DNA of 63,607 bases, counting the filler. It is 9 parts of 9 records of this genome, joined end to end, with 100 filler letters (N's around TTAATTAATTAA, not from the genome) between each part and the next. Parts side by side here need not be neighbours in the genome. Positions count along the whole stretch, not along the records: positions 5,177 to 15,083 come from SRR31156797_50048; positions 15,184 to 26,749 come from SRR31156797_50052; 7 more parts are not named here. The stretch is one strand, 5' to 3'. This document shows positions 7,206 through 17,875 of the stretch, piece by piece. The position numbers and the translations under genes are program-made. Under the pieces are notes generated by a model, which saw only the letters and a list, made by a program, of their open reading frames with translations, ran no database searches and was not told where the DNA came from. Positions within the stretch are counted from its first letter, which is position 1, and each line of letters opens with the position of its first letter.

Positions 7206-10076
7206 ATGAGTTACGAATTCAGGGGCAGTCTGCGGCTGGAAACTGACGAGCGCTGGCTTTCTGCGAAAATCCATTTCACCCCTATCACGAGAAGCGATGA
7301 CAACCATAACCTCGACAGTCTGCGGGAGCTGCTGGCATCGGCGGACATCGTTTTCGGGATAAGCGAAGAGAAACTTGAGGAAGCGGCCAAAGAATTCTCA
7401 GAGGCCATGGAACCCTATCTGTCGGATATTGTCGCCCAGGGCGTGCCCCCGCAGGCCGGAACGGGCAAGACCTATGATTTCTCCGTATTCAAATATCCCG
7501 AAAATCTGGAAAAGGTAGCCTTGAAAGTTAAATCCATGAACAAGGCTCCCGTAATTTACAAGACCATAAAGGTTAAGGTTCAACAGGACAAACGGGTCAA
7601 GAGCAAGGGGCTGTTCGCGGGCGGTAAAGAGAAGATCATTACCGTTGAGGAAGACAAGGAGAAGAAGGTCCGCGTGGATGTGTCTCCCCAGCTCCAGGAT
7701 ATCGGTTTTTTCAAGAAGGGCGAGGTTGTCTGCAGGATCAACAGTTCCAGTTCGGGAGAGGAGACGATTGGAAAAGACCTGAAGGGTAACGAACTTCAGC
7801 CTCCCGAAGTCATCGAGGGGGAGTTCTGGGCGGGTAAAAATATCCTGACGGAAAAGAACGAGATGATAGCCGATGAGACCGGTTTTGCCCGGAAGGGGAA
7901 AAACTGGGTGGATATCATCCCCTTTGAGGATCACAGCTGGTCCATTCGGCTGAGCGACAACAAGGCCGATTGCTTTATCGATATCGTCGCCGGAAACCGT
8001 TCGGCTCCTCCCCCGCTGCTGAGTGACGTGAAGAAAGCCATAGGCAAAACCGGCTTTCCCGCCTCCGATCTGGTGAGCGACAACAGGATACAGCAGCTGA
8101 TCAGCGAGGGCTGCAGAAGCGGCGGGGCCCAGTCCTACAGCCTCGCCGGCGATAAGGACGGTTCCTTCGATATAGAAATCAATTCCCTGGCAACGGAAGC
8201 GCTGCTCCATCTTGTCAAAGGATCGGGGCGCGGAAAATCCCTTAACCTGAAGCAGGCCTGGGCCCGTGTTATAGATCTGAAGATCGCGGGTTTAGAGGCG
8301 GAGCGCATACGGCAGGAAATCCTGGACTTCCACAAATCGGCGGACAAAGAGGCTTCCATACTGCTGGCCAGGGGCAGCGATCCCCGCCGCGGCGACGACA
8401 GGGAGATCGTCGTCGAGGCCGAGTATATCAGCGATGACGAATGCGCTCAGATCCGGGAGCGTCTCAAGGACAGCATGCTGCCGTCTATGAAAGATTATCC
8501 TCCGGAAAAGGTCGAGAATATGGCCCTGGTCAAGAAGGGCATGAAGCTGTTCCATCTGGGACAGCAGAAAGGCGGCAAAGACGGCAAGGATATCTACGGG
8601 AAGGTCATCAAAGGGATCGAGGGCAACGATCCCATACTGAACGTCTATGAGAATATCTCCATGCAGGACGGAACGGCAAGCTCGAAGATAGACGGCATTC
8701 TGGATTACAGCTGCGTCGAGCATGTTTACTCCCTCCGCGTCAGGGAGCATCAGGACGCCCGTATCATCGTTTCCCTGTCTGAGGGGAATATGAGCGCCGC
8801 CGTTTCATTCCTGCCTCCCCAGGGCAGCGGCCGGCCTGTGAATGAAGAGAAAATCAGAGAAGCGCTGGCGGAAAAGGCCGTCGTGAAAGGTATTCACGCC
8901 GATGTCATACAAGAGCTTTCCCGGCAGGCTGCGGAGGGTAAGATCGTTACCGATCAGATCGTGGCCGAAGGAAAGATTCCCTTCAAGGGTGAGCAAAACC
9001 TTAAATTTCTCGTGGATATCGAACCGGGAAAGAAGGATTCCGTTTCTATAGAGGAGGGACAGCCCATAGCCGAGCTTTCCCATACGGCCGACGATGCGAC
9101 GGGCTATAACGTTCTGGGCGAGCAGCTCTTCAAGGACGACTCGGGTGATATGGAGAGGGACAGGAACATCCTGGAGAGCGAGGAGGACGGGAAGGTCATT
9201 CTCAAGGCCGGGGCCACCGGTTTGCTCTGCATAGATGGAAGAAGACTCCATATAAAGGAAAAGCAGACCATCCGCGGCGATATCTCCAGAAGCAGCGGAA
9301 GCGTCAAATTTCCGGGATCCATCGCCATTTCAGGTTCCGTTCTCTCGGGCATTTTCGTTAATGCCGGGCGGGATCTTACGGTTATGGAGGTTGTGGAGGC
9401 ATCCCTTCTGAGCGCCGGCGGGAATATCATGATCGGCAAGGGTGTGAAGGGAGACAGAAAGGCCGTACTGCGGGCGGGAGAGAACATATCCCTGGGCTTT
9501 GCTGAGAATACGAATATCATGGTCAATGGAATTCTAAAGATGAAGAAGGCTCTGATGAACTGCGTTGTCAAATGCAACGGCAGAATAAAATCGGATTCGG
9601 AGAAGACCAGGATCATCGGCGGATCGATCAAGGCCAGGAACGGACTGGATACGGGCGTCATCGGATCCGAGAGGGAAGTGAAGACGTTCATATCCTTTGG
9701 TCAGGATTACCTCGTTGAGGACCAGATCAATGTGGTCGCCAGGGAGATCGAGGGCATTAACGAGCAGCTTCCCGAGATCGATACCCAGCTGAAGCAGGCG
9801 GAGGATAAGGGCCAGCAGAAGAGGCTGATGGCGTTGCGTAAAAAAAAGGTGCAGATGCTGAAGATCCTGGAAAAGAAGGGAATCAAAAGCTTTTTCCTGA
9901 AAGAGAAATTTGAGATTCATCATGATTCGGAAATCCGGATCAGGGATACCGTATATCCCGGCGTATGCTTTGAAAGCCATGGCCGAACCCTGGAGGTCAA
10001 GGAGAAAATGACATCCCTGACGGTCTATTTTGACAGCTCCACCGGTAAGATAAAAACCAAGCCCCTGGTATCCTGA
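7206..10076 (+). CDS. FapA / DUF342-family protein with repeated N-terminal modules
   Basis: Repeated 'GIS/GIH...VAQG/VAEG' and 'GKDIYG' modules, beta-helix 'GDIS..SGSVKFPGSIAISGSV', 'DTVYPGV'. Confidence 0.82.
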   Translation: MSYEFRGSLRLETDERWLSAKIHFTPITRSDDNHNLDSLRELLASADIVFGISEEKLEEAAKEFSEAMEPYLSDIVAQGVPPQAGTGKTYDFSVFKYPENLEKVALKVKSMNKAPVIYKTIKVKVQQDKRVKSKGLFAGGKEKIITVEEDKEKKVRVDVSPQLQDIGFFKKGEVVCRINSSSSGEETIGKDLKGNELQPPEVIEGEFWAGKNILTEKNEMIADETGFARKGKNWVDIIPFEDHSWSIRLSDNKADCFIDIVAGNRSAPPPLLSDVKKAIGKTGFPASDLVSDNRIQQLISEGCRSGGAQSYSLAGDKDGSFDIEINSLATEALLHLVKGSGRGKSLNLKQAWARVIDLKIAGLEAERIRQEILDFHKSADKEASILLARGSDPRRGDDREIVVEAEYISDDECAQIRERLKDSMLPSMKDYPPEKVENMALVKKGMKLFHLGQQKGGKDGKDIYGKVIKGIEGNDPILNVYENISMQDGTASSKIDGILDYSCVEHVYSLRVREHQDARIIVSLSEGNMSAAVSFLPPQGSGRPVNEEKIREALAEKAVVKGIHADVIQELSRQAAEGKIVTDQIVAEGKIPFKGEQNLKFLVDIEPGKKDSVSIEEGQPIAELSHTADDATGYNVLGEQLFKDDSGDMERDRNILESEEDGKVILKAGATGLLCIDGRRLHIKEKQTIRGDISRSSGSVKFPGSIAISGSVLSGIFVNAGRDLTVMEVVEASLLSAGGNIMIGKGVKGDRKAVLRAGENISLGFAENTNIMVNGILKMKKALMNCVVKCNGRIKSDSEKTRIIGGSIKARNGLDTGVIGSEREVKTFISFGQDYLVEDQINVVAREIEGINEQLPEIDTQLKQAEDKGQQKRLMALRKKKVQMLKILEKKGIKSFFLKEKFEIHHDSEIRIRDTVYPGVCFESHGRTLEVKEKMTSLTVYFDSSTGKIKTKPLVS

Positions 10077-10078
10077 AT

Positions 10079-11047
10079 ATGAGGTTTACAATGTTATATG
10101 TATATTTTCCTGAATGGCTGAAGCCGGAGATCATTCCCGGTCTGCCGGTTCGCTGGTACGGCCTGATGTATCTTCTGGCCTTCGGTACCACATATGTCCT
10201 TTTCAAATGCCAGATGAAAACCGAATCCCTGGAGGCCAGCGACGATGACGTCTCCAATCTGTTCTTCTATCTGATCCTCGGTCTTATTCTGGGAGCGAGG
10301 TTGTTTTCCGCCCTCGTCTACGATACCTCCGGTATATACTGGCGCAAGCCCTGGCTGATCTTCTGGCCTTTTTCGGGGGGCCACTTTACGGGTCTTCAGG
10401 GCATGTCCTATCATGGCGGGCTGGTGGGCGCCGTCACGGGGGGGCTGATCTTCTGCTACAGAAAGAAGTGGTACTTTCCGGCCGTATCTGACCGTATCCT
10501 TCTGGGCGTTCCCCTGGGATACACATTCGGCAGGCTCGGGAACTTTATCAACGGCGAACTCTTCGGCAGGGTAACGACATCCTCTGTGGGAATGATCTTC
10601 CCCCATGCCGAGCGCTTCTCTCCCGAAGAACCCTGGGTTATGGAAGCGGCGAAGAGGATAGGGATGGATATTTCCGCCCTCACCACGGTCAATCTTCCCC
10701 GCCATCCCTCTCAGCTTTACGAGGCTTTTGCCGAAGGCATCCTGCTTTGGGCCCTGCTCTGGTTCGTTCTGCGCGTGCGCAAGGGCTTCGAAGGGGCCGT
10801 AACGGGCTGGTATCTCATCGGTTACGGATTCTTCCGCTTTCTTATCGAGTATTTCAGGGAGCCCGATGCGGGGCTGGACTTTCCCATCCTTCTGGGTGAG
10901 CCGACGGCCAATTACGCTCCGGCGTCCCTTTTCAACTTCACGACGGGACAGATCTTCTGCTTTCTGATGATCCTGAGCGGCATCGGCCTGCTCATTCTGT
11001 TCCGGCATATGGACGGCCGGCGGAAATCGACGGGGCTGCTGGCATGA
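10079..11047 (+). CDS. lgt: Prolipoprotein diacylglyceryl transferase (start may be 10091)
   Basis: 'RWYGLMY', 'GMSYHGG', 'GRLGNFINGE', 'RHPSQLYE', 'RFLIEYFRE'. Confidence 0.97.
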   Translation: MRFTMLYVYFPEWLKPEIIPGLPVRWYGLMYLLAFGTTYVLFKCQMKTESLEASDDDVSNLFFYLILGLILGARLFSALVYDTSGIYWRKPWLIFWPFSGGHFTGLQGMSYHGGLVGAVTGGLIFCYRKKWYFPAVSDRILLGVPLGYTFGRLGNFINGELFGRVTTSSVGMIFPHAERFSPEEPWVMEAAKRIGMDISALTTVNLPRHPSQLYEAFAEGILLWALLWFVLRVRKGFEGAVTGWYLIGYGFFRFLIEYFREPDAGLDFPILLGEPTANYAPASLFNFTTGQIFCFLMILSGIGLLILFRHMDGRRKSTGLLA

Positions 11048-12210
11048 GAACGGGGCTTCGGCTTCTCCTGCTGATCCTGCTGATCCTGCTGCCGGTTTCC
11101 TCCCTTTCCGCGGGCCAGTGGCTGCTGGGGGAGGGAGAGGCCTCTGTTTTTCTGCCCGAGGGATGGCTTCTGTACAGCAGGGAGGAGAAGGATCGTATCT
11201 CCTTTTGCGATCCCGATCAGACGATTATCTTTCAGGTGTCCCGCTACGGGGGCGATCTGTACGATTCGGATGAGACCATGATGGATGATCATCTGGACGA
11301 CCTGGAAACGGGAGACCGGGACAGCTCCCGCTTCTTCTATCAGGGGAGACGCTGTAGCCTGGCGGATGTGAGTTTTCATTCGGGAGGTATGGACCTGAGG
11401 GGCTGGTTCCTCTTTCTGGAAAGGGAGGACTGGGACTATTATCTGACGGCCTTTACGGCCATGGAGAATTATGAGAATTCTCTACCCCTTATCCTGAGCT
11501 GCCTGGACGGTTTTTCCGCAGACGAGGAGGGCAGAAACGGACCGGGAGCCCTGGCCGCTTTTCTTTCAAGCCCTTCGTCGGATAAAAGGAGTTCACTGGT
11601 TTTCAACGGCCGCCGTCTCGACTTCAACTGGAATACGGGGAGGGAAGAGGCGTCGCGCCTCCTGATAGAAAGGGAGGCGGGCATACTGGCGGAATACAGG
11701 GATCCCGAACTCTTTGACCAGGCATGGAAACGGTACTACAGGATGATATACAGGGACTGCCGCCTCGACCTTGATGAACTCGCTCTGGAATTCCGAAGAC
11801 TCTGCGAGGGGATGGATGAGAGGGAAACGGCTGAAGCCCTTCTGAGCTGGCTTCAGAATTTTGAGTACGGTTCCACCTCCCGATTCTCCGATCTTCTCTC
11901 GCCCCTTGAAACGGTGTTGGGCGGAAAGGGCGACTGCGACGCACTGGCCCTTGTCTACGCCCTTCTGCTGAATCGTCTGGGCATAGATGCGGCGCTCATG
12001 GTATCCAGAGACTTCGGGCATGCTCTGGGAGCAGTCAGTGTTCTAGGTGGCGGTGCCCACTTTACCCTGGGAGAGAAACGCTTTGTGGTCGCTGAGATGA
12101 CAAAGGATGTCGCTTTGGGACAGATCGCTGCGGATCAGGCGGATATGAGCCGCTGGGTCGTTGTATCGTTCGAGGACTATAATGAAGGGACGATTGCGTA
12201 TGGGGAATAG
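11044..12210 (+). CDS. Exported transglutaminase-like (Cys-His-acid) protein
   Basis: Signal peptide; 'GDCDALAL', 'GHALGAV', 'VVAEMT'; overlaps the lgt stop. Confidence 0.65.
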   Translation: MRTGLRLLLLILLILLPVSSLSAGQWLLGEGEASVFLPEGWLLYSREEKDRISFCDPDQTIIFQVSRYGGDLYDSDETMMDDHLDDLETGDRDSSRFFYQGRRCSLADVSFHSGGMDLRGWFLFLEREDWDYYLTAFTAMENYENSLPLILSCLDGFSADEEGRNGPGALAAFLSSPSSDKRSSLVFNGRRLDFNWNTGREEASRLLIEREAGILAEYRDPELFDQAWKRYYRMIYRDCRLDLDELALEFRRLCEGMDERETAEALLSWLQNFEYGSTSRFSDLLSPLETVLGGKGDCDALALVYALLLNRLGIDAALMVSRDFGHALGAVSVLGGGAHFTLGEKRFVVAEMTKDVALGQIAADQADMSRWVVVSFEDYNEGTIAYGE

Positions 12211-12363
12211 TATATTTAGAATTCAACCTGTATGAAAAAATATACTATCCCTTGCTTTTTTTATTTGAGAGACATAGTGTAGTTTTTTAAAAGATTGCAG
12301 TATAAGAATTTAGTTAGCAAATAAAATTATAGCTTTTCTTGGTACGAATATTGCATATTAGTT

Positions 12364-13005
12364 ATGAGATATCAGGAGTTATATTTTATGGTTCAGGTTT
12401 ACAGTGCATACGGTTCAAGGAAGGTTCTGTTCGATACTCTTCAAAAGGAGGTCGTCAGGAAGTCGATTCATCTGATGATCGCACTCGTTCCGACCCTTGC
12501 CGCCTGGAACTACAGGCTAACCGCTATGCTGCTGATATCGGGTATCCTCGTTTATACCTATGCCGAGTTCCTGAGGGGAAAGGGACACAGAATCTTTCTT
12601 ATCTCCGATATCACGGCCATCGCTTCCCGCTCCAGAGACAAGGGGCATTTCGTGCTCGGGCCCGTTACGCTCGGACTGGGGGCCCTGTCGGCTCTCCTGC
12701 TATACCCCCATCCCGCGGCGACGATAGCCATCTATGCCCTGGCTTTCGGAGACGGATTGTCCAGTCTGGCGGGTAAGATGTTCGGCGGATTCCGTATTCC
12801 CTTTACGGGAGGCAAGACCTTCAGCGGTTCCTTCACATGTTTCGCATCCGTTTTGATTGCGGGCATGTTCCTTTCAAGCAATATGGAAGCCGTTATCGCG
12901 GTCGCTCTCATAGCCACCCTGCTCGAGGCGCTTCCTTCCAAGGATCTGGATAATATCATCATACCCATAGGCACGGGACTGGCCGCTCAGGTCTTTCTGC
13001 TTTAG
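12364..13005 (+). CDS. Dolichol/phytol kinase-like CTP-dependent membrane kinase (SEC59/DGK1/VTE5 family)
   Basis: 'RKSIH', 'FGDGLSSLAGK', 'GKTFSGS', 'DLDNIIIP'. Confidence 0.85.
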   Translation: MRYQELYFMVQVYSAYGSRKVLFDTLQKEVVRKSIHLMIALVPTLAAWNYRLTAMLLISGILVYTYAEFLRGKGHRIFLISDITAIASRSRDKGHFVLGPVTLGLGALSALLLYPHPAATIAIYALAFGDGLSSLAGKMFGGFRIPFTGGKTFSGSFTCFASVLIAGMFLSSNMEAVIAVALIATLLEALPSKDLDNIIIPIGTGLAAQVFLL

Positions 13006-13040
13006 ATCTCTTTTTCTTCAGATATCCCTATCGATTCCCA

Positions 13041-13877
13041 TCAGCTCCATAGAAACAGCCTCCGACTCGTTCCTATAAAAAGGACCGTTCCGATTATCAG
13101 TGTAATCAGACCGGGCAGAATAAAAGGCGGGTAGAGGAAGAAAAGCATCTCATAGCCGGCGATAATGGAAAGGCTGAGCAGGGAAAGCCTGTAGTATTCG
13201 CTGCGGCCCATATGATGGGCGGCGGCTATATAATTCAGAACCGTCAGAAGCTCCAGGGAAAGGCAGAAAAGGGCCAGATGCTTTTCCCTGGCGATCCTGT
13301 GCAGCAAGGCAGCCGTTGTGATACTGCCGTTAACAGGAAGCAGAGAGGCCAGAGAAAAGGATGTGAGCAGACAGACCAGGAGGACCTGACCGAATTTCTG
13401 GATCTGAAGTCCCGTAGCGAAGAGGGACGCCCCGAACAGAGCGCTGAGACCCATCAGACGGCCGAAATAGACGATCCGGGTCGACATATTCGTATCCGGG
13501 ACGAAGGATCCGTCCGTCAGGAAGGAGAGCCTGAAAATTTGCAGTGAAAAGGTGAAAAGGAAGATGGAAAGAAAGGCCATCTCCGCGGAGGGGTTCCTTC
13601 GCATCTGCCTGCCCAGTATCAGTAGGAATACCAGGGCGTAAACCAGTTGCGCGCCCAGGGATATAAGCTTCACCGGTGTCTGGGAAAGGACCGGGGCGTA
13701 GAAGCTCCACCAGATCTGCTCAAGATCACCGCTCAGATTTATTGATCCCAAGCCGCCCGGTCCGAAGAACCAGTAGGCGCCGACAAGAATAGTGATGAAC
13801 GAAAGAATGAGGAGGAGACGGGTGACATACTTTCTGAAGATGAGAATCATTATTCTATTAAACTCCAATTCAGCCAA
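13041..13877 (-). CDS. Hypothetical multi-pass membrane protein (start may be ~13850)
   Basis: About 8 hydrophobic segments; fills the gap between flanking genes. Confidence 0.7.
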   Translation of the reverse strand: MAELEFNRIMILIFRKYVTRLLLILSFITILVGAYWFFGPGGLGSINLSGDLEQIWWSFYAPVLSQTPVKLISLGAQLVYALVFLLILGRQMRRNPSAEMAFLSIFLFTFSLQIFRLSFLTDGSFVPDTNMSTRIVYFGRLMGLSALFGASLFATGLQIQKFGQVLLVCLLTSFSLASLLPVNGSITTAALLHRIAREKHLALFCLSLELLTVLNYIAAAHHMGRSEYYRLSLLSLSIIAGYEMLFFLYPPFILPGLITLIIGTVLFIGTSRRLFLWS

Positions 13878-13947
13878 AAGGTCAAAATCTTGATTTTTTT
13901 TCTATAGAAAGTTTTGCTACGTTCGATAATTGTATTGAGGTATAATC

Positions 13948-14640
13948 ATGAAAAACAGAGTTCTAATATCAGCGACCCTCTTTTTACTTATTCTGACCAC
14001 CCTCTCCGCCGGCGATAAGGCGGAGTTTGTTAATCTGGGATTCTCCTCCGACGGAAGCCACTTCATGTTCGGTCAGTACGGATTCAATCTGGACGAATCA
14101 GAGAATTATGCCGACCTCTATCTGGTGGATGTAAGGAAAAACAGGTTCGTTCCCGCCGGGGTTTTCTCTGGCGAATACAAAGGGACTCTCGAGCCGGGAC
14201 AGACTCCGGACGGAGCCCTTTTCTCACTGCTTGAAACAGCGACCACCGCCCGGAAGAAGTACAATATCGATTATCTCAAGAAGGGCAGGCCCCTGTATAT
14301 CAGAATAAGCGATACGGAGGAGTCGGTAGACGTTCTGGATTTCCGTGACTTTGAAACAGGAGCGAAGTATTCCATGGAGCTGATCCAGGATGTGAAATGC
14401 GATGATGACGGGCATCCTATGGAGTCCTCTTTTCATATTGAGATGCGTTTTACCGGCACGGGCGGCGTTGAAGTGCCCTTTGTGATCGGCCATCCCGACT
14501 ATAAGAGGAAGGGGATCGGATCCTACAGAATCGAAAGGGTTCTGACCGATCCCTCCAATACCTCAATCATCATAATCATTGCCAAGACCGGCTGGGATCT
14601 TAATGTTCGCTACATGGTCGAAACGGTTCGTATCCGCTGA
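13948..14640 (+). CDS. Secreted DUF2259-like protein
   Basis: Signal peptide, 'AGD.A.FVNLGFSSDG.HFMFGQYG', 'RYMVET'. Confidence 0.72.
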   Translation: MKNRVLISATLFLLILTTLSAGDKAEFVNLGFSSDGSHFMFGQYGFNLDESENYADLYLVDVRKNRFVPAGVFSGEYKGTLEPGQTPDGALFSLLETATTARKKYNIDYLKKGRPLYIRISDTEESVDVLDFRDFETGAKYSMELIQDVKCDDDGHPMESSFHIEMRFTGTGGVEVPFVIGHPDYKRKGIGSYRIERVLTDPSNTSIIIIIAKTGWDLNVRYMVETVRIR

Positions 14641-14662
14641 TGTGAAGATGAAATGAGAGCAG

Positions 14663-14694
14663 AAAGCCGCCGGAACTTCGGCGGTTTTTTATTT
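14663..14694 (+). terminator. Rho-independent terminator
   Basis: AAAGCCGCCG-GAACTT-CGGCGGTTTTTT. Confidence 0.8.
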
Positions 14695-14868
14695 ATCCTG
14701 AGATTTCAATTCTCTTTTGTATTGAGATATACGTCACTTTGGTTATAATAATCTGACCATTCCTTGCCAAAACATCGTCAAGGCCTTAAGAATCAGGCGT
14801 CTCCGGACACTGAATCTGTTAAACTCATAAACTGCAGCGTCCTTTATTATGGCGCGAAAGGAGATATC

Positions 14869-15083
14869 ATGCGTATCAGCCAGCTCTTTTACCAAACCCT
14901 GAAGGAAGTGCCCCGAGAGGCACAGATTCCCAGTCACCAGCTTATGTTTCGGGCGGGGATGATCCAGCAGCTGGCCAGCGGTATTTACAACTATCTGCCC
15001 CTGGCTCAGAAGAGTCTTCAGAAGATTGAAAGGATAATCCGGGAAGAACTGGAGAAAAAAGGCTGTCAGGAGGTTCTCCTCCC
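14869..15083 (+). CDS. proS: Proline--tRNA ligase, N-terminal fragment
   Basis: [48 protein letters not shown]. Confidence 0.95.
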
Positions 15084-15183
15084 NNNNNNNNNNNNNNNNN
15101 NNNNNNNNNNNNNNNNNNNNNNNNNNNTTAATTAATTAANNNNNNNNNNNNNNNNNNNNNNNNNNNNNNNNNNNNNNNNNNNN
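15084..15183. other. Artificial contig spacer 2
   Basis: N44-TTAATTAATTAA-N44. Confidence 0.99.
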
Positions 15184-15184
15184 A

Positions 15185-17317
15185 AGCGCCCTTGAAGAAT
15201 CGGCGCGTGCCGCCGAAGCCGCCCGTTCGCGGCTCGAGGAAATGGCCGAAACCCGAATTGCCGCCGACGCCGCGGCACGCGAAGCGACAACGGCGCGCCA
15301 TCAGGCCGAGGCCGCCCTGGCCCGCCTGGAAGCCGAATCGAAAGCCTTGGCCGAGGTTCTCGAAGCCGGTGAATCCGATATGTGGCCGCCACTGATCGAT
15401 TCCATCACCGTCGATGCCGGGTTCGAGATGGCCCTAGGCGCCGCCCTCGGGGAAGACCTGTCGGCGCCGTCCGACGATGCCGCACCGGTGCGCTGGAAAA
15501 CGCTGCCGCCGCTGGCCAGCCCGGGCGCCCTGCCGCCGGGTTGCCGGCCGCTCGGCGATCACGTCAAGGCACCGCCTGCCCTGGCCCGGCGCCTGTCGCA
15601 AATCGGCGTCGTCGACAGCGATGCCGACGGCGCCCGCCTGGCACCCGATCTGGCCGCCGGGCAGCGTCTTGTCAGCACCGAAGGCGGCCTGTGGCGCTGG
15701 GACGGGTTTACCATGTCGGCCGGCGCCCCGACCGCCGCCGCCGCCCGGCTCGAACAGCGCAACCGGCTGGCCGAAACCCGTGCCGCCATCGGCGGTGCCA
15801 GCGATGCCGCGAAAGTGGCCGCGCAAAAGGCCGAAACCGCCGATCAGGCCGCCCGTGACGCCGCCGAGGCCGAACGCAACGCCCGCGATGCCGCCAACGC
15901 CGCCGGCGCCGCCGAATCGAAGGCCCGACAAGTCCTGTCCGAATTGAAGGAACGGGCCTCCGCCGTCGATTCCCGGCTTTCCGGTTTGGCCGACGCCATC
16001 CGCCAGCTGGAAGAGGACCGCCAGGAAGCCGAAACCCAGGCAACCGACGGCAAAGCCAACCTCGATACCCTGCCCGACCCGGCAATCGCACGGACCCAGG
16101 CCGAAGAACTGCGGGCCGAACTGTCCGAACGGCGGGGTGAACTGGTTGATGCCCAAAGCAGCTATGAATCGCTGGACCGGCTGGCCCGCGAACGCCAGAA
16201 CCGGCAACAGGCCATCAACGACGAGCTTCTGTCGTGGCGGCAGCGCGGCGAAGGCGCATCGGGACGCCTGGAAGCGCTCAAGGAACGCCGCCAGCAGGTC
16301 GAGGCCGAAGGCGAGGTATTGGCCGCCAAACCGGCCGAGATCGCCGAAAAACGCGGCGCACTGCTTGGTCTGATCGAGGAATCCGAAAAAAAGCGCAATG
16401 CCGCCGCCGATCGTCTGGCCGAAGCCGAAGGCCATCTGTCGAAGGCCGACAGCACCCAACGCGAGGCCGAATCGGCGCTGGCCGCGGCGCGCGAAGACCG
16501 GATCCGGGCCGAAGGCGCGGTCGAACAGGCCGATCTGGCGACCCGCGGCCTGAGAGAGCGCATCGAGGAACGCCTCGAATGCCGTCCCGCCGATCTGCCG
16601 GAAATCGCCGAGCTCAAGGAGGATGCCGAACTTCCCGCCCTTGAGGAAATCGAGCGCCGCGTCGATCGCCTGCACCGCGAACGCGAGACCATGGGTCCGG
16701 TCAATCTGGTCGCCGAACAGGAAGCGGCCGAGTTGGGCGAACAGATCGAAACGCTGGAACAGGAAAAAGGCGACCTGATCAAGGCCATCGAAAAGTTGCG
16801 GCGCGGCATTTCCGAACTCAATCGCGAAGGCCGCCAGCGGCTGGTCGCCTCGTTCGAACAGGTCGATAGCCAGTTCCGCGCCCTTTTCGTGCGTCTGTTC
16901 GGTGGCGGCCGAGCCCATCTGGCCCTGACCGAATCGGACGATCCGCTGGAGGCCGGCCTCGAAATCATGGCCAGCCCGCCGGGCAAGCGGTTGCAGGTGC
17001 TGTCGCTGCTTTCCGGCGGCGAGCAGGCGCTGACCGCCCTGGCCCTGATGTTTGCCGTCTTTTTAACCAATCCGGCGCCGATCTGCGTCCTCGACGAGGT
17101 CGACGCCCCGCTCGACGACGCCAACGTCGATCGGTTCTGCACCCTGGTCGAGGAACTGGCCCGCGTCGGCAAGACCAAGTTCCTGGTCATCACCCACCAC
17201 CGCATGACCATGGCCCGCATGGACCGCCTGTTCGGCGTTACCATGTCGGAACGTGGCGTGTCGCAATTGGTGTCGGTCGATCTGCAAGAAGCGGTGAAGC
17301 TTCGCGAGATTGCCTGA
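15185..17317 (+). CDS. smc: Chromosome segregation protein SMC, 5'-truncated
   Basis: Frame open from contig edge; hinge, coiled coil, 'GPVN', 'LSGGE', 'LDEVDAPLDDAN', 'ITH'. Confidence 0.97.
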   Translation, partial: SALEESARAAEAARSRLEEMAETRIAADAAAREATTARHQAEAALARLEAESKALAEVLEAGESDMWPPLIDSITVDAGFEMALGAALGEDLSAPSDDAAPVRWKTLPPLASPGALPPGCRPLGDHVKAPPALARRLSQIGVVDSDADGARLAPDLAAGQRLVSTEGGLWRWDGFTMSAGAPTAAAARLEQRNRLAETRAAIGGASDAAKVAAQKAETADQAARDAAEAERNARDAANAAGAAESKARQVLSELKERASAVDSRLSGLADAIRQLEEDRQEAETQATDGKANLDTLPDPAIARTQAEELRAELSERRGELVDAQSSYESLDRLARERQNRQQAINDELLSWRQRGEGASGRLEALKERRQQVEAEGEVLAAKPAEIAEKRGALLGLIEESEKKRNAAADRLAEAEGHLSKADSTQREAESALAAAREDRIRAEGAVEQADLATRGLRERIEERLECRPADLPEIAELKEDAELPALEEIERRVDRLHRERETMGPVNLVAEQEAAELGEQIETLEQEKGDLIKAIEKLRRGISELNREGRQRLVASFEQVDSQFRALFVRLFGGGRAHLALTESDDPLEAGLEIMASPPGKRLQVLSLLSGGEQALTALALMFAVFLTNPAPICVLDEVDAPLDDANVDRFCTLVEELARVGKTKFLVITHHRMTMARMDRLFGVTMSERGVSQLVSVDLQEAVKLREIA

Positions 17318-17464
17318 GAGCCTATGCAACCACAGAATCTTCAATGGTATCAATAGGTTGCCAGCCCGCCTTTCAACCTTGACAGGGTGTGGAGGGGCGG
17401 CTAACGTCCCCGCCCGAATGCCGGTGGCGCGGCTTTGGCGCCGCCACGGGTCTGCGAGGTAGGA

Positions 17465-17842
17465 ATGAGTGCGGATGAATCCCGCAATTCGCTTGACGAC
17501 CTCGATAACAGGCTCCGGCGGGCGCGCGAAAGCGGCCAACGGCAAGCGGCTGAAAACCGCGGTGCCTTGCGAGTGCCAACCACCGGTTTCGGGATGGCGT
17601 TTCGCATCGGTGTCGAGATGGTCGCGGCCCTGATTGTCGGGGTCGGGATCGGGCTTCTGCTTGACAGATGGCTGGACACCGCGCCATGGTTTTTGGTGTT
17701 ATTCTTTTTCCTCGGCGCCGCTGCCGGGATATTGAACGTCTACCGCGCCGCCAGCGGATTGGGAATGGCGGTGGGGTATCGTTCCCCGGAAGATCGTACC
17801 GGGGCGAATGAAGGATCGAACGGGTCGACCGAAGGCCGTTGA
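17465..17842 (+). CDS. atpI: ATP synthase protein I (AtpZ/AtpI family)
   Basis: 'GLLLDRWLDTAPWFLVLFFFLGAAAGILNVYR'; directly upstream of atpB. Confidence 0.88.
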   Translation: MSADESRNSLDDLDNRLRRARESGQRQAAENRGALRVPTTGFGMAFRIGVEMVAALIVGVGIGLLLDRWLDTAPWFLVLFFFLGAAAGILNVYRAASGLGMAVGYRSPEDRTGANEGSNGSTEGR

Positions 17843-17875
17843 AAACCATAATGAAACTTCGGGGGCAGGAAATAA

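Noticed and set aside
14695-14868. T-box leader before proS
   Set aside because: No T-box consensus or terminator before the start codon.
15434-16918. 494-aa antisense ORF, and the many other long shadow ORFs over smc, ligA, recN, lgt and the Mo enzyme
   Set aside because: Expected from GC-rich codon bias opposite well-supported genes; no motifs or RBS.
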